Under the pieces are notes generated by a model. That model was not told the DNA's origin. It did no database searches and saw nothing but the letters and a program-made list of their open reading frames with translations. A DNA stretch of 64,000 nt from Lama guanicoe (Eukaryota): contig MU054823.1 in assembly GCA_013239625.1 (NCBI GenBank), positions 772,305 to 836,304 of the forward strand. The letters are read 5' to 3'. Below are positions 1 through 12,170 of this stretch, piece by piece; position 1 is the stretch's first letter; each line of letters starts with the position of its first letter. Made by a program: the position numbers and the translations under genes.

Positions 1-188
1 ACTTGCGCACTCCCATCAAGGCTGAGTTCTTTGTGGTGCCGGGTATCTCCCTCAGTAGTCCCTCTATTCCTCCTTCCCTCCCAATTAAATGAAAGCTCTG
101 GCATGTAGGTATGTGGACTCTTTTCGAGGTGCCCCAAGGCCTGCGGCCCTCTTCCTGTATTGTGAAGTCCACACCCTCGGCTCCACAG

Positions 189-194
189 AATAAA
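189..194 (+). terminator. AATAAA polyadenylation signal, probably of the upstream + strand gene (HGH1 by synteny)
   Basis: AATAAA at 189-194 (also ATTAAA at 84-89). Assignment to HGH1 rests only on recalled gene order HGH1-TSSK5-MROH1; no HGH1 coding sequence is in the window. Confidence 0.4.
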
Positions 195-372
195 CGCTCC
201 ATCTGGCCTCACCCTGGCCTGCCTGCACACCCTCGTTTAACAGGTGGTGCCCAGGCAGGCTCTGGGCGGCAGACATGGAGCACAGCAACAGCGGATGCTG
301 GAGGGACCTACCCCGCTGCGCCCCACGACTGGCCTCCAAGCCCCAGAGCACCAGCCCGGCAGAGCCCCCACC

Positions 373-1621
373 TCATCTGGGGCGAGCCCCAGGGTGCTCA
401 GGCATGGAGGCACCATTGGGTAGGGTGCCCTGTTGCTGCAGACGCCGCAGTTGCCGGAGGGGCCTTGGGGCATCTGAGTCTGAGCTGGGCTCTGTGTTAT
501 CCAGAGACGCTGAGAGCTGAGACTCCTCCAGCTTCTCTGCAACCAATTGCAGTGGGACCGTCAGATGGTGGTGGGTGGGGCGCGGGAGGTGCTGAGGAGC
601 TGTTCACCTGCCTATCCTCGTGGGCCTGTCATACCTGGTACAAACCGAGCAGGGTGCAGAAGAGTACGTGCGTGGTGCTTAGCCACCTGCTGCAGGCCCA
701 GGTGCGCTTGGGGCTGCAGCTGGAGCAGGCCTCAGATCAGGCCCTGGCACTCAGTACCAAGTAGGAGCACTGGCTGTTCTGGTAGGTCTCTTGCACCTGC
801 CAGACTCCCACCCACCTGCACCTGCTGTTGCCCCAAGGAGGGGCTGTCCAGGCACCGGACTGGGGTCTCAGGATGGGGTTGGGCCCGATCATAACGGTCC
901 CTGGTGGGGAAGGGTGCAAGCCTGGAGCGGGCAGGATGGGGACAGGTTGGCCCCGGGGTCCCTTCCCACCACATTTAGGTGCTTGTAGGCAACACTGAGT
1001 GACAGGGTCTCACGGGCAGGAACTAGCGGGAGAGCCTGTGGGACCTCAGAGGTGGAGATGGCCTTGATAGCTGCTTGCAGGGATTGGGGGTGGCCCCTGT
1101 GGGGAGACCACAGTCCCTTGGGGCAGGATGCGGCGTGAGGGGCCTCTGTTCTTTGTGCTCGCTGTGGAACTTGGCTGGGCCAGGTAGGGTTGGCAGCATC
1201 TTTGGGGGCCAGCACTGACCCCCCTCATCGAAGAACTTATATGTCCGGGGCGTCCAGAAACAGAGAGTGATCAGCCTGCAGGAGGCTTGGCACTCAGGGA
1301 GGTTGTGGGACCAGGAGGGAGCCAGAGGCCCTGAGGGGTGCCTGAGTGGAGTTAGGACAGGGGCCACTGGGGCTGGGCTAGAGGGGGGGCCCATGGGGAG
1401 GAGGCAGGCCGACCTCACCATGGTACAGTGTTTGAGTCGCAGGTTAGAGGCCAGCTTTGAGTTGTGCCACATGTGCTCTCGCATGGCATAGGTCGGGCAG
1501 ACTTTGGGGAAGGCCCCAGAGCCAGTCTTCTTGGAGGAGAGCAGGTAGCCCTTGTCCCTGCATTCACGCATCTGCTCCATGAGGGTTTTCTAGTCCGGTT
1601 TTTGCTGCCACTGCCCTTCAT
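373..1621 (-). pseudogene. TSSK5: Testis-specific serine kinase 5, unitary pseudogene with introns retained
   Basis: Exon remnants: 1621-1419 (MKGSGSK..MEQMRECRDKGYLLSSKKTGSGAFPKV..KHCTM|GTGAGG); 1074-970 (AAIKAIST..RETLSLSVAYKHLNV|GTGGGA); 796-635 (VQETYQNSQCSYLVL fused to ECQGLI*GLLQLQPQAHLGLQQVA|GTATGA); 536-373 (..SLDNTEP..RPR*). These match recalled TSSK5 sequence (GYLLSSKKIGSGAFSKV, VAIK, YETYQNSQRSYLVLE, ECRDLIRGLLQL). Multiple disabling lesions are present and HRD/DFG/APE are absent. Confidence 0.88.
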
Positions 1622-3059
1622 GGAGGGCAGGGCACTGCAGAAGAGGGTGGGGCCGTCCAGTTCACTGCAGGGTCTTGGGGAGGGGGTTGGGAGGCACGGC
1701 TGAGGCCTGACTTGTGTTAGAGGGGCAGGGGTGATGGGGCTGCAGGAGGCCAGTTGCACCCCCTCAAGGCTGCTGCCCAGTTTCTGAATTCTTGCTGGGA
1801 CGGGCTGAGAGCTCAGGGTGGGAGGCTAACCCAGCCACACAAGCATGAACTGGCCTGGGGGAGGGCAGGGTCTGGGAAAGCAGGGGCAGGTTTTCGAGCC
1901 ATACCTGCATTGTGCCCTTGAAGGGGCTGTCCTGTCCCCCAGGACTTGCTTGCTCTGAAAACATCTTGCTGGAACCATTCCTGCCCTGCATGGGTCCCAC
2001 TTGGTATGGTGAGAACCCTAAGGGCTGGAGCCAGGGTGAGGCCTCTTGGGCCATGAAAGGCCTTTAAAGAAGCTGGCATGTGGGGGAGCCACTCAGCCTT
2101 CCTCAGCTGGGGAGTGAAGCTTCTGCTCAGGCTTTCCCCTGGAGCTCTCTGCACACTTGATATTTCCCCAGGCAAGCGAAGATCTGCAAGGGCCTACCTC
2201 AAACCTCCAGCTCCAGGAGGGAGGAGCCAACATGTCCCCTCCTGTCTCCTGGGCCCTGGAGTCCTGTGGGTGCTGTTATGCTGGGGAGTAGCCGCCTACT
2301 GTTTGCTGAGTGCCTGCCATGGGCCAGGTGCTGTTCAAAGCGGTCCTAGGAGCTGCAGCCGCCCCTCCTGCAGTCTGCTTTTGTTCACAGTTATGCCCCA
2401 TGTGCCTGTCCTGTGGTAGACGGTTCACACCCAGGATTTCAAATCTGAGCACCACCAAGTGATACCCCTTTTATAGATGGCACACATGGGGCCCAAATTC
2501 ATGGTATCTCTTCTGTGAGCTGGATGCACAGTGGCTGTGAGCTTGGCTTGTCTCCCCGGGATTCACGGTGGGTGAGGTATTACTCCCAGTGCAGGGAGAG
2601 CCTCAGAGTACTCGCTCGTGAACGAGTAAGACACATCTCATCCCCGCTGGATTGTGAGCTTCTTGAGAGCGGGCTTGTGTTTGATGCTCCCTTGCTCCCC
2701 TATAGCCCCGTTCTGGCAAATTGTCTGGAATATAGACAATATGGACAAACTAATTGGTTTGTTGCTGACCTGAGGTTTAGGAAAATAGAAACTGCTCCAG
2801 GTATTTCAAGCGGAGGGGCTTTAACTTGGGATAGTTACTCAGGTGTTACTTAGGCTGGAGAGTGCCATGTCTAAGCTGGAGCAGCAAAAGGGAAAACCAT
2901 GGGGCTCCGGCCAAGGGTGGCTGTGCTGTGCCCCCCTCACTTTCCTGGCTCCCACCAGTATCAGAACACAACTGGAAGCCAGTGACTGTTGCCTGGGCAG
3001 ATGACAGGCAGGATCCAGAATGATCACCAGCTCTGTCCACCTTCCTCTTCCTCTGCACC

Positions 3060-3220
3060 CTGGCTCATCCAGCTACTTCACGGCGCTTCGCTGAGTGCCT
3101 GCCAAGTACTGGGCTTGGTGCTGCGCCCTTGGGAGCAAATCACAGACGGGCCTTTCTCTCACAGAGCTTGCCGTTGTGGAAGGGAGATTAGCCTTCAGAA
3201 TTTAATCAAAGTTGAAAGAC
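3060..3220 (-). mobile_element. L2 LINE 3' fragment (ancient)
   Basis: 'ctgagtgcctgccaagtactgggcttggtgctg...ctctcacagagcttgcc' resembles the reverse complement of the L2 3' end. Other L2/MIR-like pieces lie near 2290-2350, 2640-2760, 4150-4310, 5530-5600 and 29540-29620. Confidence 0.5.
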
Positions 3221-3642
3221 GGCTGTGACCTGTGCTGGGGCAGCTTGTTTGCTTGGCGGGTGAAGAAACCGAGCTGAGGCTGGGGATGGGCAGGGCCAGC
3301 CAGCTGGGCTTGCTAGGCACTGGCCATGGGAACTAAGGGAGAGTGAGCCGTCCAGGTCCAGGTGTGAGCTTGGAAAAGGCCTCCTGCCTCCTTCCCTGGC
3401 AACTTCCACATGCCTGGGCTCACCCCTCCCCCTCCTGCCTGTGGGGAAATCTGGGGTGGGTGGGGGTGGGGCTCTTCCTGAGGGACCAGACACCATCTGC
3501 TGAGGACCGCACTCCCTTCGCCATCCGAGTTCTCTCTTTTGGTTTGAATCCCTGCAACAGAAACAGGCTGAAGCCTTTCTCTGTGAAAGAATGCCCCCAC
3601 CTCCCAGGCACTACTCAGTTGCCACCCTACCCTGGTGTTTAA

Positions 3643-3810
3643 TATTTACTTATTTACTTTTTATATTGTCTTTTTTGGGGGGGAAGGGGGAGTAATTAGG
3701 TTTACTTTTATTTATTTACTTCTTTTTAAAGGGATGTACTGGGGATTGAGCCCAGGACCTTGGGCATGCTAAGCATGCACTCTGCCACTGAGCTGAAACC
3801 TCCCGCCCCA
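3643..3810 (-). mobile_element. tRNA-derived SINE (camelid Vic-1-like)
   Basis: Reverse complement reads AGCTCAGTGGCAGAGTGCATGCTTAGCATGCCCAAGGTCCTGGGCTCAATCCCCAGTAC (A and B boxes) plus an A-rich tail. Target-site duplication GTGTTTAA at 3635-3642 and 3811-3818. Confidence 0.88.
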
Positions 3811-4399
3811 GTGTTTAAACTTATGCCCCTACTTTGCCTCCTTGCACCCCAGCCCACAGCTCTCCGCAGTCCCAGCAAGTTGCACACATCTGTTAGTGCT
3901 GCCAACCACTTACTTCTCAAATCGCTCTTTTCACTTCCTGAACTTCTGAAACACCACTCACTCCTTGATTTTTTGGTTTGTAAACATGTCCAGGCAATTT
4001 CAGCCTTGGGGCTTTGCACGTGCCAGTGTGTCTCTGCCCGCATCTCGGGCTCCTCTCTCAGCTTCTGCCTTTCTCAGCCTCTAGCTGCGACCCCTCAGAG
4101 CACTTCGTGTGGATTTTAGTCGTTTACTTGTTTATAATATGCCTCCTCCAGATTCCAAGGTCCAGAATGCAGACACCTGCTCATCTTCATTCCCACGGCC
4201 TGTTAGCAGACTGAACGTGTGCCTCCCGGGTGCACGTGTGTACCTGTTTGCAAGGACACGGTGGCCTCGGGGTCCCTGGGATGTTTGTTGGGTGTTCAGG
4301 GCGTGTTCATGAGTGAGAGATAGAGGGCATGACAGAGCCCGTGTGTGTCCAGATTGGGGGCACCTGGCGTGTGTACCTGGACAGGTATGTGTTTGCGAG

Positions 4400-5250
4400 G
4401 GGACCTGCTTTGGGCGCCTTGGCGGGCGGAACCCACGTCCCCAGTGCGTCCCGCGGTGTGTGGCGCGGGGTCTGTGTGCGGGGATCGTGGAGTGTAAGTG
4501 ACGGACCGGGACACAGCGGAATGGGACGGGGGGGGGGCCTGCTCCCGCGCCTGCGCAGTGGCCAGTCCCGCCTTGCGGCCCACACGGCGGCGGTCCTCGC
4601 GCCCAACGGTCAGGTGTGCGGGTCACTGGGCGGCTGGGGGCGGGGCCGGGCACGAGGTGGAGTTTGCGCACTCCGGCTCTCTTGGGTTCGGTGGGCGGGG
4701 CGGAGAGATCGAGAGGGAGGCCCCTCCGACCAATGAGCTCGGAGATCGGGTGGGGGCGGGGCCGGACGGCCGCAAGCCGGGCCGCGGTTGGCGGAGGGCG
4801 GCGGGTCGGGCTCGTCGCGTGGCCCCGCCCGCCCCGGTCCACGGCAGGCGGGAGGGCGGCTCCCCGGCAGCTACTGCGGCGGCCCCTCAGGTAAACGGCG
4901 GTTGGGATCTGGGGGCCGGGGCCAGGGGGCCAGGGGACGGCTGTGCTCTCTCGGGGAGGTGCCCCTCGGGGGAGCCTGGGTCGCAGACCCTTGGGCCGCC
5001 CCCTTGGCTAGGCCGCGTGGGAAGCCGAGTCAGGGGGCGCCTCTCCAAGGTCACCCGGAGAGCAAAGGGAGGGTCCCGGCGTCGCGGGGCCGAGCCCGCC
5101 CCTTCCCTGGGCTCAGGTGCGTCCAGCCCCGCGCGGAGCGGGATCTGCCGCGTCACAACCCGGAAGAGAGGCCTGGGAGCCTAGCCGGTCACATTCTTCC
5201 TGACGCCTGGTCCCCGAGTCCGTCCCCTCCCAGGGTGGGACGCGGGGCGC
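4400..5250 (+). promoter_or_regulatory. CpG-island promoter of MROH1
   Basis: Dense CpG. NRF1-type GCGCCTGCGCA at 4547-4557; GC boxes GGGGCGGGGC at 4637-4646 and 4753-4762; CCAAT at 4730-4734; ETS-type CCGGAAG at 5160-5166. No TATA box seen. Confidence 0.85.
4835..4890 (+). other. MROH1: Probable non-coding first exon of MROH1 (start approximate)
   Basis: Donor CAG|GTAAAC at 4890/4891, just downstream of the GC/CCAAT boxes in the CpG island. The TSS cannot be fixed from sequence. Confidence 0.6.
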
Positions 5251-8200
5251 CTAGTCCCCCTGCCCAACCCTTTCCAGGGTGGGGCTCAGATAACCCATCC
5301 CTACCCCTCCGCCCCGCCTGCCCCTCCCAGGGTGGGGCTCAAGGTACCTGGTCCCCTGTGCCCACCCCCTCCCTGGGGGGCACTGGGTCGCCAGTCCTAG
5401 TGCCTGTCACTTTCCGGAGGCGTGTGGTCCACGTTCCTGCTCCCCCAGCAGGCACTTCAGGGGTCGCCTCCATGGGAAGCTAAGCCTAGTCCCAAAGAGC
5501 AGAGGCCGACCTATTCTTCTCATTTTCTCTTTGACATTAGAGGAGGAGGCAGTCCAGAGCAGGGAGGTAATTTGTCCAAAGTCCTGAGGATTTCTGGTCG
5601 TGTAATGTAGGTGGTAAAGCTGGAAGGGGCTGCAGGAAGTCCAACCCTCAGTCGAGGTGAGACCTAGCTGGTGCTAGGCCAGGGCTGGCCCACAGTCCCT
5701 GGCCTCCTAGGCCCAATTTTGGGTTCTGATTTTCCTGCAGCACCAGCATAGCTGCAGTGCAGTGCTGGGGTCTGAGAAAAGGGCTCTGTGTGCACAGGCA
5801 GTTCCAACCTGCATACTTAAGAGGGTCCCCTTTGCCAGGGTCGGGACTGGGTGACTGATAAGCTCAAGTGCAATGAGGCATAAGGGGGTGTGGGGGCAGA
5901 GGGTGCTGGGGGGCAGAAGCTGGAGTGGCTGTCTGGGGTGGGGGGATAGGTGGGATTAGGGTGGAAGCTGGCTTTGAGGAGACAGTCCTGGGGGCAGTGA
6001 CCACTTTGGAAAGGGATGAAGGTAGAGGTGGAGAAGAAGGGGGTCAGTGAGTGACTGTAGGGTGTGGGGAGGGAGACGGAGGAACAGGAGGGAGTGATGC
6101 TGACTTCGGACCCAGGTAGCTGGGGGCATGATGACATAGGAAAAGAGGCAGGTGAGTCAGGGACCTGAGAGAAGTCAGGGGTGAAGTTGGTGGATTGAGT
6201 GTTAGAGCCTTTGGGTTGAGTGGTGATGATGGCCCAGATGTAGGGGGCTGGCAGGCACGGGGCCCCAGGAGACCCACCTGAGAAGCATCAGTTGTGGGCC
6301 ACTTGGCCGGTGGCGTGATTGTGATGTAGTTGCCCTGCGGTCCAGACAGCCAAGGGGCCTGGGGACGCTGTTGTCAGCAGGATCCTGGTTCCCAGGCCTC
6401 GGCTATTGTGGCTCAAGTGAGCATGCGTTTTTGGTCTCTCTTGGTGACAGCATGGAATGACCTGGAGTTGAGCTGAGTTGGTTACCTTGAAACCAACGTC
6501 TTGGCTGAGGATCACTGGTGGACCTGAGGTGGAACCGTGGGGCACTTGCTTGCTTTCTCAAGTTCACAGCTGGCTCACATGCCTGGAAGCAGGTGTCTGC
6601 GCTTGGTTCAGACCCAGAGTCCACTGAGGCCCAGGGAAGCAGCTGGGTTGTTGCCCATCTGTGATCAGCCCCTTCATGGAGCTGAGCTGCTTGATCTGCT
6701 CGGGTAGGGACTCCAGGAAGGCTCCTGGCCAGTGCTCAGGGAAAGCTGGCTGCTGGACGTCATGAGGAAGGTGCCCTCTTCACTGGAGGCACCTGGTTGG
6801 GGGGACATAGCTTGGTGTGGCTTATGTTGGGAACTTGGATTCTCAAGGGACTGTGAGCTGTGTGGGCTGTCTGCTTGGTCATCTGCCCTGTTTTTGTCAG
6901 TGACTCTGGGAGTTGATTCTTTGGCTCCTGTGCTAGGAAGGAAGGCCCCTGGGCCTCGTGTTTGGGCCTCGTGCCTGGGTGGGACATTCCTATGACCCCC
7001 ATGGTGTCCTGACTTCCCAGTTTCCCTTAACACACTCTCTGGACAGGCTGCCTCTGGGCTGGGGGTGTGGCCCTCATGGTCTCTGACCCCTCCAGCTCAG
7101 TAAGGTTGGCCCCGCACCTTTCTCTGCCTGTGCCCGTCCATGTGGCAGCTGTTGTACGCGTGGCCCTTTCAGGCCAGGGGCTCTGTGGGCTGGGGCGGCA
7201 GCACGTGGGCATTTGTTCAGTGCAGTTGAGTGAATGCTGACTGAGTACAGGTGAGGAGGAGGGGGAGGCTTCCTCACTGGCCTACAGTGTGTACGGTCAC
7301 CCTGCTCTGTGACCTGTGCTCATGGGCATCATGGGTGGGCGTGGAGGGAGTGCTTGGAGCCAGTCCTGCTTGAGTCCTGCTCCACTGCTTCCCAGCTGCT
7401 AACAGCTGCTCTCAGACCTGCCTGGCCCTGCAGGTGAAAGGAGATGGTACCTCTAAGTGCTTCCTGAGGGAGGCAGGGGGCCTTCCAGACCCTTCCCTCT
7501 CTTTGCATCCCCTTCCCCTGTGGAGCACTCACAGATTTGTCTGTCCACTCCACAGGGAGCAGGGTCTGTGCTGCCACCCCGGTGTGTCATCAGCCCACAG
7601 ACCAACTGCCTGGCCCAGGCGGGGGCCGCAGAGGGACTCTTACCGAACCGGTGAAGCCTAGCTCTTCCACCGTGGCTGATACTTCCCTGGCTACTGCCTC
7701 TCCCCATGCTTGTCTTTTAAAAAGTCTAACCAGATCCCTGGTAGATGTAAGTGTTGTTCATACATGGCTGTTGCCCTCACTTGAGGCCTCCTGCAGGAGG
7801 GTGTCGGGAGGTGGGTGATCCTGTCGTGAAGAGTGACCATTTGGGCTCCACTGGCTGTCCCCACCTGCATGGGCCCACAGCACTGGCGGCGTCTGGTGCC
7901 GGCGGAGGGCAGCTGTGCGCCGGGCCTCCGCCCAGGCCTCCCGCTGGGGACGCAGGGAGAGCCCGGTGCCTGCGCGCTGCCCGCGTTGCTGTGCATCTTG
8001 CTGACGTGGACGGGCCCCTTTGCATGTTAATATGAGACAGATGCGCCTCTTGTCCTATCTGTCATGAATGACTTGCCTGTTTTATCTTTTGTTTACTTTA
8101 CGCCACACTGAGGTTGGGGTGAGCATGAGCGTGCAGGCTGGTGGGCAGAGGCTGGATTCCGGGGCAGCAGTGGAGACTGCTGCGCAGTGGTGGGCATGAT

Positions 8201-9150
8201 GTGACCTGTGTGTGACAAAGAGCAGCGCATCAGCGTAGGGGAAGTGGCCAGAGAGTGAGGGTTAGGTGAGGTGGCCACCAGGGGAGACTCTCAGTGAGGG
8301 AGCAGGCCACCTGCTGCCCAGTAGGAAGGGTCGAAGGGGGCAAGGAGGGGGACGACGGAGGGCCTGCCGTTTATCACCGTGTGTCTGTCACTGTTCAGTT
8401 GTCACTCGCATCACCATGTGTCCGTCACTGTCCAGTTGCCACTCGTGTCACTGTGTATTCAAAAAGCAGTTCTCGGAGGAATTTCAGTTTATCAGGTTTC
8501 TCTTTTGTAGATTTTGCTTTTGGTGTCAGTCATGGAGACTTGCTTCTATGTTTCTTTCTGGAAGTTTTATAGTTTTAAGTTCTACATGTAGATCTGTGAA
8601 TCATTTGAGATTTTGTGTATGGTGTGAGCTATAGACTGGAGTTTACTTTTTCGTGTGGACATCCAGTTGTTCACTACTATTTGTTGAAAGACTGTCCCTG
8701 CTGCACTCAGTCGCCTTTGTACTTTTGTTGGAAATCAGTTGGTCTAATAAGTCTTGGAGTCAGGACTTACAAATGTAAGTCCTCCAATTGTGCCTTGTTT
8801 TGCTTCAGAGTTGTCTTGGCTATTCTAGGTCCTTTACATTTCCGTATGAATTTTAGAATCACTCTGTCAATTTCTACAGAAAGCCTGCTAGGATTTTGAT
8901 TGGGAATGCATTCAGTCTGTAAATCCACTTGGGAAAAATTGATATCCTTGTGCAGTATTTTTCTCCATTTATTTAACTTTTCTTTAATATCTCTTAGCGC
9001 TGTTTGATAGTTTTACTGTATTGTCCATCTTTTGTCGAATTTATCCCTAAATATTTCATACTATTTTTGCTCAATGGCAAAGGGTACAGCTTGTTAAATT
9101 TTTGATTGTTGTTAGTATATGGAAATGCAATTGATTTTTGAATATTAACT

Positions 9151-9252
9151 TCATTTATTATTATTATTTTTTAAATGGAGGTGCTGGGGATTGAGCACAG
9201 GACCTTGTGTGTGCTAAGCATGCACCCTACCACTGAGCTATACCGTCAACCT
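9151..9252 (-). mobile_element. tRNA-derived SINE (Vic-1-like, short-tail form) inside L1
   Basis: GGAGGTGCTGGGGATTGAGCACAGGACCTTGTGTGTGCTAAGCATGCACCCTACCACTGAGCTATACC; degenerate TSD AATATTAACT (9141-9150) / AACATTAAGT (9253-9262). Confidence 0.85.
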
Positions 9253-10520
9253 AACATTAAGTTTATATCCTGTGACCTCACTAGCTGACTTACTGATCTG
9301 GTTCCAGTTGTAGATTCCGTCAGATTTTCTGCAGAGATGATCACATCACCTGTGAATAAAGCAGTTTTTCCTCTTTTTCACTTTGAATGCTTTATATTAT
9401 TTTATGCTTACCTGATTGCCTAGGCTAGAGCCTCCAGTAGGAGAGTGAATAGAAGTGGTGAGAGCAGACATCCTTGCCTTGTTCTCCATCTTGCAGGGGT
9501 AGCAGTTAGTCTTTTACCATTAAGGATGATGTCCCTTCAGGTTTTCCTTAGGTGCTCTTGATCGGGTTGTGGGAGTTCCCTTCTATTCCTGTTTGCTGAT
9601 CATTTTTATTATAAGTAGATGTTGGATCGTGACACATGCTTTTTTTGCTTTTATTGAGATGATTATATGGTTTTTCTTCTTTGGTCTGTTAATATGATTT
9701 ACATTGACTGCACTTAAAAATACTCCAGCAACCTTGTGTTCATAGGATAAACCCCATTTGGTCATAGTGTATTATCGTTTCACATATTGTTGCATATGAT
9801 TTGATAAAATATTGTTAAGAAATTTTGCATTTGTGTCTATGAGGAATATTGGTCTGTATTTTTCACTGTTTTTAATATCTTTGTCTGGTTTTGTTATCAG
9901 AGTGGTGCTGGCCTTAAAGAATCCGTTGGTAAGTGCTCCTTGTTTTCAGTTTTCCGGGAAGAATTTTTGTGGCGTTGGTATTATTTCTTCCTTAAGTGTT
10001 TGCTGGAATTCCCCTGGGAAGTCATCTCGCCCTGGGGTTTTCTTGGTGGGGAGGCTTTTAACTATAAGTTCAGTTTCTTTCTTAGATACAGGGCTGTTTA
10101 GATTATCTGTTACTTCTTGAGTGAGCTTTGGTAGTTTGTCATTCGAGGAACTTGCCTATTTCTTTCATTTTTAAATTTTTATAATTTTTGAGGTACAATT
10201 GACTTGTCTATTTTAAGTTATCCAATTTTCTGGCAAAAAGTTTTTCAGAATATATTCTTATTATCCTTTTAAAATCTGTAGAATCTGTAATGATGTCACT
10301 GTTCTCATTCTTAAGATTGGTAATTTGTTTTTTCTTTTTTTCTTAATCAGTCAGGCTGGAGGTTATCAAATTTATGGATCTTCTCAAATAACTAAACTTC
10401 GGTAGTTTGATTTTTTTTCTATTCTCTGTTTTCTATTTCTTTAATTTACATAATGATATTTATTATTTCTTTTCTTTTGCTTCATTTGAATGTCTAGTTT
10501 CTTCAGGTGGAAGTTGATGT

Positions 10521-10958
10521 TGTTGACCTTCAAACAAAAACAGTTATTTTACCAGCAAAATGTGTTTATTTGGGAGTAGCAGAGAATTTCAATCTGTGAC
10601 AACCAGGCTATAGCAAAAACTATAGGCAAGTCCAGCAAACAAAGGAAAGAAAGTCACTTTATAGAGAGCAGGAGGAAGTTGAAAGGGGCTGCTTTGAAGA
10701 AAGTCCTTTGGAGGAAAGTGAGAATTTAGGATGGTGATGGCTTTCCATTGTCTGAGTTGCGAGGGTTCCCGTTGTCTGGGCTTGTTGCTGGGCAGGGAGA
10801 GATCTTCCTCCTCCTGCCAGGCTCCTAAAGTGGAGACACCTGCCTGCTGGGAATGCAGGTCCTGTCTCTTCCTGTGGGTCTGTAATTCGCCTGGAGCGGT
10901 AATGCGTGGGAGCCTCCCCGCTCCCTGTTAAATGAGGTTTCTTTTATTCAGATTCACA
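10521..10958 (-). mobile_element. Solo ERV LTR inserted in L1
   Basis: 438-bp block beginning TGTTG and ending TTCACA. AATAAA on the - strand (TTTATT 10565-10570) lies near its 3' end. Flanks are ATGT/GTGT, and L1 sequence resumes on both sides. Confidence 0.6.
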
Positions 10959-12170
10959 GTGTCACTCTACTTTCCTAATACAGACATTAGTGCTATAAAT
11001 TTCCCACAAATTTTGATATGTCTTCATTTGCTTTCCCTTCAAAATGCTTTCTAATCTCATTTAAAATTTTTTTTCTTTTTTGACTCATGCATTATTTTGA
11101 AACATGTTAAGTAGTTTCTAAATACTTGGAGAGTTCTCAGATAGCTTCCTCTTACTAATTTCAAATTGAATTCCGCTGTAGTCAGAGAACATACTCTGTA
11201 TGACTTGAATTCTTTTAAATTTATTGAGACTTGATCAGTCTTGGTAAATGCTTCATGTGCTTTTGGAAGAATATACATGTTCTACTGATAATGAATGTAG
11301 TGTTCTGTAAATACGACTCACGTAGGCTGGTGGACAGCGCTGTTCAGGTCTTCCCTTACTGGTTTGCTGTACATTTGTTCTAACAATTACAGAGAGAGGG
11401 AGTTGGACTCTCTGCTGCATTTTGAATTAGTCTGTTTCTCCTGGCATCTTTATTACTTTTGGCTTTGTGTATTTTGAAGCTCTGTTATTAGGTGCATAAA
11501 TATTTAGAATTGTTATGCCTCTGAAATCTGCAGTGTCTATTATTAATATAGTCATTCTAGCTTTTTATGACTAGTGTCAGCCTCATTTTTCTTTCCCCAT
11601 CATTTACTTTAACCTCTTTGTATTAACATGTTCAGTCTCTCCTGGGGTTTCTTGAATATATGAAATTCAATTATACTAATTGTCTAAATGTCCTTGTTTA
11701 CTAATTCTTTCCTCTGTGCCATTTCTGAGTCAGTTTGTACCAGGTGACCCTTTGTCACGGTGGAGGCTGTGGACTGTGTCTTCTTCCTGCTTTGCATGCT
11801 TGGTAGTTTCTGACTGGATGCCGGACATCACTGTCTCACTTTGTCAGCGCTGGATGCCTCTGTGTTCCTGTTACTATTCCTGAGCTTTGTTCTGGGTTGT
11901 GACTAAGTTACTGGAGAACCGTTTGATCCTTGTAGGTCTTGCTTTTTAGCTTTGTTGGCTGAGACCAGAATAGTATTTCTTCTAGGGCTAATTTTACTTC
12001 TTTACTGAGTGAGCTTCCCATTGCCCTGTGAGTTGGGATGTCCCTCCTGGCTGCCGGGGCTGGGAGCAGACCCGCTCCTGGCCCCTGGTGAGCTCTGGGG
12101 ATTGTGTTCTGCTAATCCTTTTGGTGGCTCCTTCCTTGGCCTCAGGGAGTTTCTTCTCAAACCCAGTGTT

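Noticed and set aside
111-764. 217-aa + strand ORF
   Set aside because: It is antisense to TSSK5 remnants, starts at GTG and has no recognisable domain. Chance ORF in GC-rich DNA.
1023-1580. 185-aa - strand ORF starting MEQMRECRDKGY as a functional short kinase
   Set aside because: Only the first 54 codons are TSSK5 exon 1. The rest is intron read-through ending at a premature TAG, with no catalytic motifs.
3735-3810. tRNA gene (A/B box-like sequence)
   Set aside because: It has an A-rich tail, TSDs and multiple dispersed copies, so it is a SINE rather than a tRNA.
4132-5483. Several 228-236 aa overlapping ORFs
   Set aside because: Pro/Gly/Arg/Ala-rich products of the stop-poor CpG island.
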